The notes under the pieces were generated by a model. The model ran no database searches and was not told where the DNA came from. It worked only from the letters and a program-made list of their open reading frames with translations. A program made the translations under genes and the position numbers. A DNA stretch of 59,164 nucleotides, taken from positions 1 to 59,164 of IMG/VR virus record IMGVR_UViG_3300016665_000396; one strand, given 5' to 3'. This document shows, one piece after another, positions 46,490 through 56,754 of this stretch; the first letter of the stretch is position 1, and each line of letters opens with the position of its first letter. The DNA is from a virus (Duplodnaviria > Caudoviricetes).

Positions 46490-46830
46490 TTAACTTCCTC
46501 TACGTGTTCTATCTCTTCTAACATAAGAGTGTATGTTCTTTCAACTCTCATTCCATTTCTCATTTTAAAACATCCAATTTCCAAAAAGAAAATCCCATTG
46601 GCAACTCTTTTAGTCAGGAGCGTGCCAATGAGAATTCTTTTCTCTAAATCTTCCGGATCATATCTTCGTGTTAATGAACCAGATGGATCAATGAAACCAA
46701 GTTTTCTTGGATCTTTAAATTTAAGCTTTAATACTATTCCTATAGGAGCATCATTAATAATATCATATATCGTTTTCTCTTTATCTTTTTTGTTATTACG
46801 AGAAAATAGATTTTTTAGTTGCTCAAACAT
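46486..46830 (-). CDS. Hypothetical protein
   Basis: TGcTATAAT-6 nt-ATG. Confidence 0.7.
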   Translation of the reverse strand: MFEQLKNLFSRNNKKDKEKTIYDIINDAPIGIVLKLKFKDPRKLGFIDPSGSLTRRYDPEDLEKRILIGTLLTKRVANGIFFLEIGCFKMRNGMRVERTYTLMLEEIEHVEEVK

Positions 46831-46865
46831 GAATAGATTATAGCATCATTTAATATGATAGTATA

Positions 46866-47657
46866 TCAATCATGTGTTCTGCTTGTAGGAGCATGATATC
46901 TGTTCATTTCATATTTAAATAAACCATCTGTTATAGCCCGAGCAGGTATAAACAAACTCAAATGATGCATATTACCAACATATGAACTGGCTATTCCAAT
47001 AACTCTACCATTTGGTAACAATAATGGACCACCAGAAAACCCTCCAATAAGAGGAATAGAAGCTTGAATTCTGTAAAGTTGTCTATTTTCAATAATGTTT
47101 CTTGAAATTATACCATCTACTAAAGACCATACAAGTTCAAGAGGATGCCCAACAAGAAAAACGTGTTGAGCTATTTCTGGCGTTCCTACTTGTATGATTA
47201 AGCTATAATCAGAATTTCTTGTGCCTTCCCGAAGTTCTAATATAGCTAAATCATTTTCTTGATCTACATATGCAACCGTCGCTTCATTAAGTTCGTCATT
47301 AATGAAACGCTGATTTAACATGTTAATATTTCCGTATCTTACAAACTGAACAACAACACCGGTTGGATTTGGTCTTGTTGGTAGTTGCATTACGGTTTCC
47401 CCTAAACGTATTAAGCGCATTTGTTGAAAACAATGCAATGCACTTATGATTGTTGTTTCAGAAACAAAAAAGCCGCTGCAATATACCTGTGCGGTTTGAT
47501 CAGCGGCAGTTTCTGTTCTATTTTCTATGAAGGCGACCGTTGCTCTTACAGCATTCTCCAGCGGTGGACTTCCTCTGTCTCTTTGGACAGGAACACTACT
47601 ATGGCAGCTAAATAATAGCGCCACTCCTAACAATAAACCCAATAATACCTTTCGCAT
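46866..47657 (-). CDS. Trypsin-like serine protease, lipoprotein
   Basis: Lipobox LFSC; triad SALHC, DLAIL, GFSGGP. Confidence 0.88.
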   Translation of the reverse strand: MRKVLLGLLLGVALLFSCHSSVPVQRDRGSPPLENAVRATVAFIENRTETAADQTAQVYCSGFFVSETTIISALHCFQQMRLIRLGETVMQLPTRPNPTGVVVQFVRYGNINMLNQRFINDELNEATVAYVDQENDLAILELREGTRNSDYSLIIQVGTPEIAQHVFLVGHPLELVWSLVDGIISRNIIENRQLYRIQASIPLIGGFSGGPLLLPNGRVIGIASSYVGNMHHLSLFIPARAITDGLFKYEMNRYHAPTSRTHD

Positions 47658-47715
47658 AACATACCCCCATACATATAAATATAGGTGTCACGTGTGATCT
47701 TCATCACAGTATTTT

Positions 47716-48372
47716 TTATAAGCGAACTAAATCGTTTTCTATGATTATCTTTCCAAGATATCTGCCAAAATCATAATCACTTTTGTAATGAACACCAACA
47801 ATCATACGAGATAATCCAATGTTTCTGCCAAGTTTCAAAAGTCCAACTTTATAATCTGGATATCTTTTGGCAAGCAATTCTGCCATAACATAACCTTCAA
47901 GTGCATGACCACTTGGATATGCTGGATTATCTACGCCAGTTGTTTTAATAGGAACATATAAATTTAAATCGTAATAATATGCAAGTTGAGAAGGACGTGG
48001 ACGATTGTAGTGTTCTTTTAATCTAAATGTCAAAGGGTCTAACTGATCAATTACATTCTGCATCTCTTCTTTTGTTAGATCATTTATTCCACGACGTTTT
48101 AGATAATCAATAAAAACCTGACAATAATCATCTTCTGCCGCTTGACAAAACTGTATAATAGCTTCAGAAGCATCACCTATCATCTTTATACAACTCTTCA
48201 ACTCACGAATTGTTTCATCAGATGAATTAACTGGAGGCGGCATCTCAAACAATCTATCATAGATGCCAAGATCCATCAATTTTTCACTTAGTTCATCCTG
48301 TTTTAAGGAAATCTCTTTATCTCTAAAATTAAGATTTCCATACTTTATTTTGTTTATAAAGCTCATAACCAC
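47716..48372 (-). CDS. PAP2-superfamily phosphatase
   Basis: K..YNRPRP, YPSGH, SR...GVHY.SD. Confidence 0.9.
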   Translation of the reverse strand: MVMSFINKIKYGNLNFRDKEISLKQDELSEKLMDLGIYDRLFEMPPPVNSSDETIRELKSCIKMIGDASEAIIQFCQAAEDDYCQVFIDYLKRRGINDLTKEEMQNVIDQLDPLTFRLKEHYNRPRPSQLAYYYDLNLYVPIKTTGVDNPAYPSGHALEGYVMAELLAKRYPDYKVGLLKLGRNIGLSRMIVGVHYKSDYDFGRYLGKIIIENDLVRL

Positions 48373-49256
48373 CGCTTGTTTTCATTAAGCTGATACAATT
48401 CATCTTTAGGAATACGCTTATATTTGCGACAGAATATCTTCACGATATTTCCAGCAAGAGTATAAGCCTCATTCTCATATATTGTGTCTATGTCACCCAT
48501 CTCGTCCATAGGATCAACATTTGCTAAATGCTTATCAAGTAATCCTGTTTCTTCTTGACGAGCATGGGTAAGCTCATGGGCAATGGTTCTTAAAACATCT
48601 ACTAAAAGGCGCTTACCAACCAAGACATGAATCATGTGTTCGCCACGATTATACATGCCAGTTGTCATATCCTTTTTCTTTATTGTGTGAAGGTATATGT
48701 CTGGCATATCTTCCATCTTTAATATGCTATTACAGAATTTAAGGAAATCAATAAGAACATTTAATGATTCCTTTTTCATTGGCTGACTTTTATCTTGAAA
48801 TATTCTTACTCTGTCTGCTTTCTTTTTCGCTGGAACTGATTGTTCCTCTAAAGCAATATATTTCACTTTGTTTGCAGGTAATTCGCCAGTTGGTTTATCT
48901 CCATAATTCCACATTGTATCTGCTGTTGGATTATAACCTCTTTCGCTTTTATGAAATTTAAAACGTTTTTGTTTTTTAAACGGAGATTCTAAATCTTGAT
49001 CATCTTCTGTGATATCTTCTTCTAAATCTATTCCTTCTGAATTTGAAAACCCAAAATAATTGGATACGGTATTAACTTCTTCTAACTTGCTTTTAGGAGG
49101 AGGATGAAAATCGGTAGGATTTAATGCTGAAGCAGCACTGCCACCAGCAATTGCACCAGTTGAAGTCAAAGCGCCGCCACCCGTGCTAATTGCTATTTGC
49201 TCTTCTAATTCTTCTTCTAAAAGGTATTCAAGAAGTTTTTTAAGTTGTTCGTTCAT
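48363..49256 (-). CDS. HExxH metallopeptidase-like protein with acidic N-terminal leader
   Basis: RTIAHELTHARQ...ENEA. Confidence 0.65.
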   Translation of the reverse strand: MNEQLKKLLEYLLEEELEEQIAISTGGGALTSTGAIAGGSAASALNPTDFHPPPKSKLEEVNTVSNYFGFSNSEGIDLEEDITEDDQDLESPFKKQKRFKFHKSERGYNPTADTMWNYGDKPTGELPANKVKYIALEEQSVPAKKKADRVRIFQDKSQPMKKESLNVLIDFLKFCNSILKMEDMPDIYLHTIKKKDMTTGMYNRGEHMIHVLVGKRLLVDVLRTIAHELTHARQEETGLLDKHLANVDPMDEMGDIDTIYENEAYTLAGNIVKIFCRKYKRIPKDELYQLNENKRWL

Positions 49257-49280
49257 AATCTTTAATTACTACTTACCTTT

Positions 49281-50087
49281 ATGAACTTACTAAAAACATA
49301 CATAAAACTTGTTCTCCGTGAATCTTTAGAGGAAGGTCAAATAGAAAAAACCCTTCTAACACTTGACCAAGTTGTAGATAAGATTAAAAATAAAACCTTA
49401 ATCTTCATAGACACAGAGACTACAACTTTGGATCCAAAGAAATCATTTGCTCAAATAACGGAAATAGCCGGTGTAGCTTATGATACTAATACAGGTGAAC
49501 GTCTTGGCGAGTTCAATATGAAAGCCAAACTAACCTCCGCCACTCTTTCTCAAATAGAAACAGAGAAAGGTATGAAAGCAAGAGGTGAATGGAAAGAAGA
49601 ACAGAAGACCGTAGAAGACCTACTTGGTATGACCGCTTATCATACAGAAACTGTTCCTTATCAGGAAGAAGCTGAAATGATGGAAGGTTTTGTAGATTTT
49701 ATTAATAGCTTTGCTGATCGTAATCCTATATTAGTAGCTCATAATGCAAGATTTGATATGTATCAGATTGGTAAAGCATTAGAACGCCACAAACTTCCTA
49801 AAATGTCAATAATGCCAGTTGTAGATACAAAGGCTCTTGTGAAGAACTACCTACAACCTCTTTTATCTCTAATGGAAAAAGAGGGAGATCCAGCCGCTGA
49901 ACCTCTCCTCCGTGTATTAAGACCAAAGAAACTTTTTGTTAACCGTCTTGGTAATCTTGGAGATGCTTTCCAAGTTTCTACAAAACATTGGCATTCTGCT
50001 ATTGCAGATACAGAACAACTCGCAGGCATTCTATCTTCCCTCATTAACTTCTTTGAGGAAAGACAAGATACCTACGAGTTCCGTTGA
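49281..50087 (+). CDS. DEDDh 3'-5' exonuclease with LxE leader
   Basis: DTETT, AHNARFD, HSAIAD; MNLLKTYIKLVLRE. Confidence 0.88.
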   Translation: MNLLKTYIKLVLRESLEEGQIEKTLLTLDQVVDKIKNKTLIFIDTETTTLDPKKSFAQITEIAGVAYDTNTGERLGEFNMKAKLTSATLSQIETEKGMKARGEWKEEQKTVEDLLGMTAYHTETVPYQEEAEMMEGFVDFINSFADRNPILVAHNARFDMYQIGKALERHKLPKMSIMPVVDTKALVKNYLQPLLSLMEKEGDPAAEPLLRVLRPKKLFVNRLGNLGDAFQVSTKHWHSAIADTEQLAGILSSLINFFEERQDTYEFR

Positions 50088-50774
50088 TCAATATTTGCCG
50101 ACGCCGTTTGGATCCCAGTTTGTTGGAATCTTCTTACCATCTTTCCAGCACTTATCTGTTTGGGTTTTTAATCCCAATACTGGAACGGCATATTCTACTA
50201 CAACCTTTTGCCAGATACCCATGCCAGGATCTGATGGTTTCTGACCATTTGATTGTCTGTGTGCCCAGATATATTCTATTGGCATACCAGCAGCTCTGCC
50301 ATTGTCTACCAGCCACTTAAGGGCGGCTCTAAACGTCTCTACAGCCTTATCATCCAATGGAGTTGGATTGCCACCCCAAGTTGATTTAACATCTTCTCTA
50401 ATAGGCGTCTTGGGGTCGTCCAATAAACCTGGATAATGTCCTTCACACTCTAATCCAAGACTGAATGCATTAAGTTCATTTCCATGATAAAGATACCAAT
50501 CTAATGGTGCTGTGATTACGTATACGCCGTCTCTATATGCTACTGCATGAGCAGGAATACCTAATGCACGTCTGTAAGCTTTTTCTCTATCATTAGCCGG
50601 ACCAAATACACAGGCAGTTTGATGGATGGTTATGCCCGTTATTGTTTTTGGATCACGGCAAACTGTTTTGCCTTTAAGGGTTTTTGATGTGTTAACAGTT
50701 TTACCATCTGCTCCCTTTCTCGGAGGAAAGGGATTCTTTTGTTCGGCTCTTAAATCTAATACTCTTATTGTCAT
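50088..50774 (-). CDS. N-acetylmuramoyl-L-alanine amidase (Amidase_2), probable endolysin
   Basis: TIHQTA, PAHA, SLGLECEG, AHRQ...SDPG. Confidence 0.8.
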   Translation of the reverse strand: MTIRVLDLRAEQKNPFPPRKGADGKTVNTSKTLKGKTVCRDPKTITGITIHQTACVFGPANDREKAYRRALGIPAHAVAYRDGVYVITAPLDWYLYHGNELNAFSLGLECEGHYPGLLDDPKTPIREDVKSTWGGNPTPLDDKAVETFRAALKWLVDNGRAAGMPIEYIWAHRQSNGQKPSDPGMGIWQKVVVEYAVPVLGLKTQTDKCWKDGKKIPTNWDPNGVGKY

Positions 50775-50778
50775 ATAA

Positions 50779-52488
50779 TCAGCCCTCGCACCATGTGCAT
50801 TCTGTTAGTTCTCTCTTGTATACCGCATTGCTGTTCTGTTCAGCTTTAAGAACTGATGTAGAACGAAGGTAATAAAGACTCTTTAATCCGCTTGTAGCGG
50901 CTTCCAAGTGAACCTGATTAATATACTTTGGATCGCTATTGGCTGGGAAGAAGATATTGATGCTTTGTCCTTGATCAATGAACTTCTGTCTTTCAGCCGC
51001 TAACTTAACAATAGCAAATTGATTTAACTCTCTTGCTGTAAGGAATACTTCCTTTTGTTCCGCTGTTAAGCATTCCAAATGCTGAACTGAACCATCGTTC
51101 TTAAGGATTGAACCCCAAACTTCATCGGTATCTTGTCCAATGCTCTTAAGAAGCTTCTCGAGCTCTGGATTTCTTCTTACGAATGTTCCCTTTGCACTCT
51201 TTTGAGCAAATGCATTAGCAATCCATGGCTCAATACCTTGAGATACGTTAGAAGCAATAAGGGAGTTGGATACAGTTGGTGCTATAGCCATAAGGGTAGC
51301 ATTTCTTCTGTTATGACCATTACACCATTCTGGCTCTCCATATTCAGCCGCAAGAGCTGTTGTTGCCAACTCTGCTTCTTCTCTAATCTTCTTGAATATG
51401 ATCTTATTCTGAAGATAAGCTTGTAGGCTATCAAATGCAATCATATTCTTTTGGAAGTATGAGTGTAAACCGAGAACACCAAGTCCAAGAGCACGGGATT
51501 TAACAGCAAATCTTAATGCTCTTTCAAATCCACGGAGCTTTGAGGCTTTCTGGATAAACTCCTCCATTATACCATCAAGGAACCATACAGAGAGTTGAAC
51601 TGTATCTGTATCTTTCCATTCATCCCATCTTGCAAGATTAAGGGAAGAAAGGCAGCAAACAAATGTATGTTCCTTATCTGTAGGAAGGAAGATTTCGGAG
51701 CAGAGATTTGAACCTTTAAGTTTAATACCGGTATTCTTCAATACTTCTGGTGCTTGATCATTAGCATTGTCTGTAAAGAAAACGTAAGGCTCTCCTGTCT
51801 CTACACGGCTTTTAACAAGTTCTTTCCAGCGTCTACGAGCCTCTGCATCTCCAGACTTTACCTTGTCTATAAACGCATTAGAGACACAAACACCGTGATG
51901 AAGATTAAGGCATTGACGATTGGTATCTCCAGTAGGTCTACGAGACTGTAGGAATTCGTCAAAATCACCATGTTCAATATCAATGTAAGCAGCACAAGCA
52001 CCTCTACGGGTAGAACCTTGAGATATACCAAGAATAACGCTATCTGCCATTTTAAGGAATGGAACTACACCATCAGAATGTCCGCCCTTTGAGATTGGAG
52101 TGCCTTTAGCACGAACATCATTAACGTGAATAGCTGTTCCGCCACCATACTTGGATAGCATTGCTACTTCCTGTAGGGTTTCAAGGATCTCATATGTGTC
52201 ATCAGCCATATATGAAGAGAAACAGGAGATAGGAAGACCTCTATCTGTTCCTGCATTACATAGAACTGGGGTAGAAGGACATAGCCAGTTTTTCCACATA
52301 ATGTCAAAAAACTTGGTTTCAAGTTCTGGCTTATTAAGTGATTTGGCTACATTTGTTGCTACACGACGATACATAGCCTTTGGAGTTTCATCATTCCAAA
52401 GATAACCACCACGTAATGTCTGGAATGCATCAGATGTTAGCCATTCTGGTGCTTCCCCTTCTGCTTTTAATTGTTCTAATGTCTTCAT
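50779..52488 (-). CDS. nrdA: Class I ribonucleotide reductase alpha (short, no ATP cone)
   Basis: PISCF, SNLCSEI, VCCL, APT, LYY, C-terminal CxxC. Confidence 0.95.
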   Translation of the reverse strand: MKTLEQLKAEGEAPEWLTSDAFQTLRGGYLWNDETPKAMYRRVATNVAKSLNKPELETKFFDIMWKNWLCPSTPVLCNAGTDRGLPISCFSSYMADDTYEILETLQEVAMLSKYGGGTAIHVNDVRAKGTPISKGGHSDGVVPFLKMADSVILGISQGSTRRGACAAYIDIEHGDFDEFLQSRRPTGDTNRQCLNLHHGVCVSNAFIDKVKSGDAEARRRWKELVKSRVETGEPYVFFTDNANDQAPEVLKNTGIKLKGSNLCSEIFLPTDKEHTFVCCLSSLNLARWDEWKDTDTVQLSVWFLDGIMEEFIQKASKLRGFERALRFAVKSRALGLGVLGLHSYFQKNMIAFDSLQAYLQNKIIFKKIREEAELATTALAAEYGEPEWCNGHNRRNATLMAIAPTVSNSLIASNVSQGIEPWIANAFAQKSAKGTFVRRNPELEKLLKSIGQDTDEVWGSILKNDGSVQHLECLTAEQKEVFLTARELNQFAIVKLAAERQKFIDQGQSINIFFPANSDPKYINQVHLEAATSGLKSLYYLRSTSVLKAEQNSNAVYKRELTECTWCEG

Positions 52489-52505
52489 ATATTATTCTCG
52501 TTTAA

Positions 52506-53486
52506 TCAAAACATATCATCAAAATTTACAACGCCCTTGGAATAATCAGTTGGCTTAACGCTAAAGAAATCATCAAGTCTAACTCCAGCACCGATAGCAT
52601 CAAACCATTCCATACGCTTCAATGCTTCCTTGTCTACATTCTTCCAATTCTGTTTTAAACCGAGTTTACCAAGTTGCATGTTTGTGCGGTGTCTGATGAA
52701 ATCCTTTAAATCTTCCTTGGTAAGACCTTCAATGTCTCCATGCTCAAATACCTTATCAATAAAGTTATCTTCTAAAGCCACAGTATCTCTTGCTGCTTGG
52801 TAGATTTCTTTCTTGAATTCGTCGGTCCAGATTTCCGGATTTTCTTCAATAAATGTTCTAAACAAATAACAACCAAATTCCGAATGTAGCGTTTCATCCT
52901 TAATACTCCAAGTGACAATCTGGCTCATGCCTTTCATTTTATTATAACGAGAGAAATGCAAAAGGACAGCAAATGAAGAAAAAAGAGAAACGCCTTCTGT
53001 AAATGCAGAGAATACAGCAAGAGACTTTGCCATTGTCATCTTTTTCTCTATTGTCATATCAGTTGTATCAATATTACCAGTTTCTACAAGACGATCAATC
53101 TTGGCTTTAATAGTTGGCTCTGCAAGGAATGCTTCATAATCAGCAAATCCAAGAGTTTCATCAAGTAAAGAATAGGCTTGTGTATGGATGGTTTCAAAGG
53201 AAGCCATTGTTGTAGCAGCCATAACAACTTCTGGATGCTGGAACCAACGACCTACCTTGTTAGACCAATAATCATTAACGAAGATTTCAGTCTGTGTAAA
53301 GCCCTTTAGAATGCCACCAATAATAGACTTCTCTGAAGGAGTAAGGTTCATATTCCAATCAAGAAGATCCTGATTAAGAGTTACTTCTGAAGAAAGCCAA
53401 TGTGCTTGTTGTTGTTTGAGCCAATACTCATAGGCTTGTGGATATGAAAATGGCTTGAAATTGATGCGACGATCTAATAGGGACAT
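52506..53486 (-). CDS. nrdB: Ribonucleotide reductase beta
   Basis: ETIHTQAY, EGVSLF, DETLH, DFF. Confidence 0.95.
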   Translation of the reverse strand: MSLLDRRINFKPFSYPQAYEYWLKQQQAHWLSSEVTLNQDLLDWNMNLTPSEKSIIGGILKGFTQTEIFVNDYWSNKVGRWFQHPEVVMAATTMASFETIHTQAYSLLDETLGFADYEAFLAEPTIKAKIDRLVETGNIDTTDMTIEKKMTMAKSLAVFSAFTEGVSLFSSFAVLLHFSRYNKMKGMSQIVTWSIKDETLHSEFGCYLFRTFIEENPEIWTDEFKKEIYQAARDTVALEDNFIDKVFEHGDIEGLTKEDLKDFIRHRTNMQLGKLGLKQNWKNVDKEALKRMEWFDAIGAGVRLDDFFSVKPTDYSKGVVNFDDMF

Positions 53487-53494
53487 ATAACACC

Positions 53495-54937
53495 TCAATG
53501 ATTTTTCTGGAAATCTCTGATCTTTTCACGGAAGAAGTTCTTGAGATTACCGTCCTCAAGTTCTTCCTGATCTGATTTCATCTTATTAAACTCTTCTTCG
53601 GAAAGAATACGGAGTTTAGAACGGGCTGTGTCCAAGTGTATTTGGAATTGAACGCCATCTACACCGGCTCTGTTCTTTGCAATGAAGATATTGCCATAAC
53701 CTGTGCTCTTGCTCATGCTCTTTCTGGCAAGACCGAGAACAAAGTCTGCAACGTGTGCCTGACCATAAGCTTCTGCCATATTTGTAAGGTCAACGTAATC
53801 TTTATTAGCGCCTTCCTTATTTGACTGTGAAGCGGTCCATACTGGAATATCTACTTCATTAGCAAAGCCACGAAGTTCTTCATAAATCTTCTTTAGTTCA
53901 AGACGTAGAAGCTCATACTTCTCTGTTGAACGCATAATACCAGCATAATCAAGAACCAAAACGTCTGGTCTAAAGCCTTCATTAGAAAGCTTATCAATAT
54001 GCGAACGAAGGGTGTTGATTGTAGCTGTTCCTGTTGGATAATACTTAATCTTTAGACGACCAAGAGTTTCAGCATTATCTTCGTAATACTTCTTGATCTT
54101 CTCTTTGTGTTCATAACAATCAATGCTATCAATATCAAGCAAATGACTGTCATAACGAATACCAACAGCTCTCTCATTTAGTTCAAACGTATAATGCAAT
54201 ACGTTCTTGCCTTGTAGGAGAGCCTGTGCTCCAAAGTGGGTAAGTAGGTGGGATTTACCTACCCCTGTAGGAGCAATGATTACACCAAGTTCACCGGCAC
54301 CAAGACCACCATTAAGGATCTTCTTTTCATCAAGTTGTTTAATGCCAGTAGCGACAGTTCTGCGGAAGGTTTCACTATAACGGGCATCAACATCATCCTT
54401 AAGCTCAAGCCCAGGAGAATGCTCATTGCCAGCGTTAATAGCCGATTTAATCGTCTCTACTACCTTCTCATACTTCTCTGTCTCAATGAACTCAATGGAG
54501 GCTTCAAGAGCCTTCTGGAGTCCTGCACGCTTACAGAAGTCAAGAGACTTCTCTTTAACATATCCAAGATCACCAAGATCCTTGTTTTCTTCTACACGAA
54601 GTAGGAAATCATGGATTTGGGAACGAAGAATGCTATCAGATGGGTTCTTTAGCTCTGATGCTACGATTTGAGCAAGCAAAGCCATTGATGGGAACTCCTT
54701 ATACTTCTTGTTATAAGACATATAAGTGTCAGCAATCTTTTTAAGATATGCGAACTGGAAGAAGTTAACATCAAGAACTTCCGCAAACTGTCCTGCCCAA
54801 TTTCTATCAATCAAGAAAGCTTGGACAATCTTTTCTTGGAAGCTCTTATCAAAAGAGAAATGTTTTCCAGTTTCAGTCTTCACTGGCTCTGGTTTGGTCT
54901 GTTCGCCGCTCATCGTTTTCATAAATACTACGCTCAT
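53495..54937 (-). CDS. SF4 replicative helicase (DnaB/T4 gp41-like)
   Basis: APTGVGKS, VLDYA, WTASQ, KNRAG. Confidence 0.92.
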   Translation of the reverse strand: MSVVFMKTMSGEQTKPEPVKTETGKHFSFDKSFQEKIVQAFLIDRNWAGQFAEVLDVNFFQFAYLKKIADTYMSYNKKYKEFPSMALLAQIVASELKNPSDSILRSQIHDFLLRVEENKDLGDLGYVKEKSLDFCKRAGLQKALEASIEFIETEKYEKVVETIKSAINAGNEHSPGLELKDDVDARYSETFRRTVATGIKQLDEKKILNGGLGAGELGVIIAPTGVGKSHLLTHFGAQALLQGKNVLHYTFELNERAVGIRYDSHLLDIDSIDCYEHKEKIKKYYEDNAETLGRLKIKYYPTGTATINTLRSHIDKLSNEGFRPDVLVLDYAGIMRSTEKYELLRLELKKIYEELRGFANEVDIPVWTASQSNKEGANKDYVDLTNMAEAYGQAHVADFVLGLARKSMSKSTGYGNIFIAKNRAGVDGVQFQIHLDTARSKLRILSEEEFNKMKSDQEELEDGNLKNFFREKIRDFQKNH

Positions 54938-54992
54938 AGGTTCTTTCTACCTTACCTTACTCAATTCTGAAATTTTATTTAAACCCTTATTT

Positions 54993-56003
54993 TTATCGGA
55001 GAAAATTACGCATCTGTGAACAAAACCGGTCATAATCAAAGGTTGTATTAATGCCGCACTCAAGCACGGTTTTGATCAATCCAAGCTTATCCATACGAGG
55101 CTCATGGTTATCCACAATGTAGTTAATCTTGTTAATCTGACTGGCACTTAAATTGCTACTGTTAAGATACATTAAGTCCCAATTACGTCTTATTAGCTGT
55201 TCACATTCTACAATATCATTATAAACGGCAATAGGTTTCTTCTTTCCTATATTCGCTGCCTTGGCTTCTGTTATGATGGTAGCTATATCCAGGTCTTCGT
55301 CTACGGAAGCCATTTTAGGAAATCGTTTAGCTACCGTCTTGAACCCTGCTCCTGGCACCCCTGCTACATTATCACTATCATCACCAGCTATGGTTTTAGC
55401 TAAACAAAAGTTTCTGGCAGATATACCAAACTTATTAATAACTTCATTTCCATCTACAATCTTACGAGTTGCAGGATCATATATTTCTATAAGCGGATTA
55501 TGAAGTAATTGGTAAAAGTCTTTATCGTTAGAAACGATTATTCTTTTAGCGGTTGAGTTATGTAGTTTATCTTGAGCAAGATAAGCGATGATATCATCAC
55601 ATTCTGTATCTTGCACGTAAATCTGACATACGGGAGTGCTCTTGAGTAGAGCTGTTAGCATCGTGATCTGCTGAATTCTTGTTTGATCATCTAATGCTAA
55701 AACATCCCGAATGCTCTCCTTTCCTTGTTGGATTTTCTTCACTTCCTTCATCTTGGCTCTATTCGCCTTGTATTCGGGGGAAATGTGTCTGCGCCTTTGA
55801 GACGGACCACCGTTTTCCCAGACAACGTATACACGGGATGGGCAGAAGGTTCCAACAAGGTAGTCAACCGATTTCAAGAACCCAACCACTCCTCCTACCG
55901 GCTGACTATGGAGATTTATTTCCTGATTAACCAAAAAATGCCTGATGAAATTATTAAAACCATCGATCAGGATGATTGGTCTTTCTTGATTGGGTTGAGA
56001 CAT
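54993..56003 (-). CDS. 5'-3' exonuclease/flap endonuclease (T4 RNase H-like)
   Basis: IDGFN, YKANR, ECDD, SNDKD, GDDSDNVAGVPG. Confidence 0.92.
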   Translation of the reverse strand: MSQPNQERPIILIDGFNNFIRHFLVNQEINLHSQPVGGVVGFLKSVDYLVGTFCPSRVYVVWENGGPSQRRRHISPEYKANRAKMKEVKKIQQGKESIRDVLALDDQTRIQQITMLTALLKSTPVCQIYVQDTECDDIIAYLAQDKLHNSTAKRIIVSNDKDFYQLLHNPLIEIYDPATRKIVDGNEVINKFGISARNFCLAKTIAGDDSDNVAGVPGAGFKTVAKRFPKMASVDEDLDIATIITEAKAANIGKKKPIAVYNDIVECEQLIRRNWDLMYLNSSNLSASQINKINYIVDNHEPRMDKLGLIKTVLECGINTTFDYDRFCSQMRNFLR

Positions 56004-56101
56004 ATAGAGAAGGTATACTATCCCTTTTAATTGATATACCAATTGAAAACGCCGCTGAGAACAAATCCCAACGGCGCTATTCTTTTATGTTTTTATTTTT
56101 T

Positions 56102-56647
56102 TCAGCGACCTGACGAACCAAATCCAGCAGAACCACGATTGGTTTCTGTCACCTTATCGCTCTCACTCATTACTACCTCTCCAGCAGTAGATACCTTATA
56201 CACAACTAACTGTGCAATACGATCACCTACGCCAAATACAGCATCTTCTGAACCCATATTAACAAGCGTAACTCCTATTTCACCACGATAGTTTGGATCT
56301 ATAATGCCACCAACAGGAAATACTCCCTTACTGGCTAATCCACTACGTCCCTCTATCTTCATAAAGATACGATTACGATCATTATCCATTATTGGCATAT
56401 CTGCAAGTTGAATACCAGTTGCCATCTTCTTTACAGTTCCGGCTGGAATTGTAACATTCTCCGAACAATAAACGTCAAATCCAATATCCCCATCTCTTAC
56501 GGCATGAGGGATCTTTGCATTTTCATTCATGCACTTGAATTTAATGTTAATGGTTCTGGAAACCTTTGGTATCTGTGGGTCATACCAGTTTTTATCAACT
56601 GTTCTATATGAACTCTGTGCTATGCTATCACTTATATTGTTACTCAT
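56102..56647 (-). CDS. dut: Trimeric dUTPase
   Basis: GRSGLA, GIIDPNYRGEI, RIAQL, RGSAGFGSSG. Confidence 0.95.
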   Translation of the reverse strand: MSNNISDSIAQSSYRTVDKNWYDPQIPKVSRTINIKFKCMNENAKIPHAVRDGDIGFDVYCSENVTIPAGTVKKMATGIQLADMPIMDNDRNRIFMKIEGRSGLASKGVFPVGGIIDPNYRGEIGVTLVNMGSEDAVFGVGDRIAQLVVYKVSTAGEVVMSESDKVTETNRGSAGFGSSGR

Positions 56648-56754
56648 ACTATATTTCTCCTTAAAAAGATAAGGGCGACAATCCATTAACTTTTCAGTTA
56701 TTTTAGATTATCGCCTTTATTTTGGGTGTTATGTGTGTATTGGGGTTGTTATAA

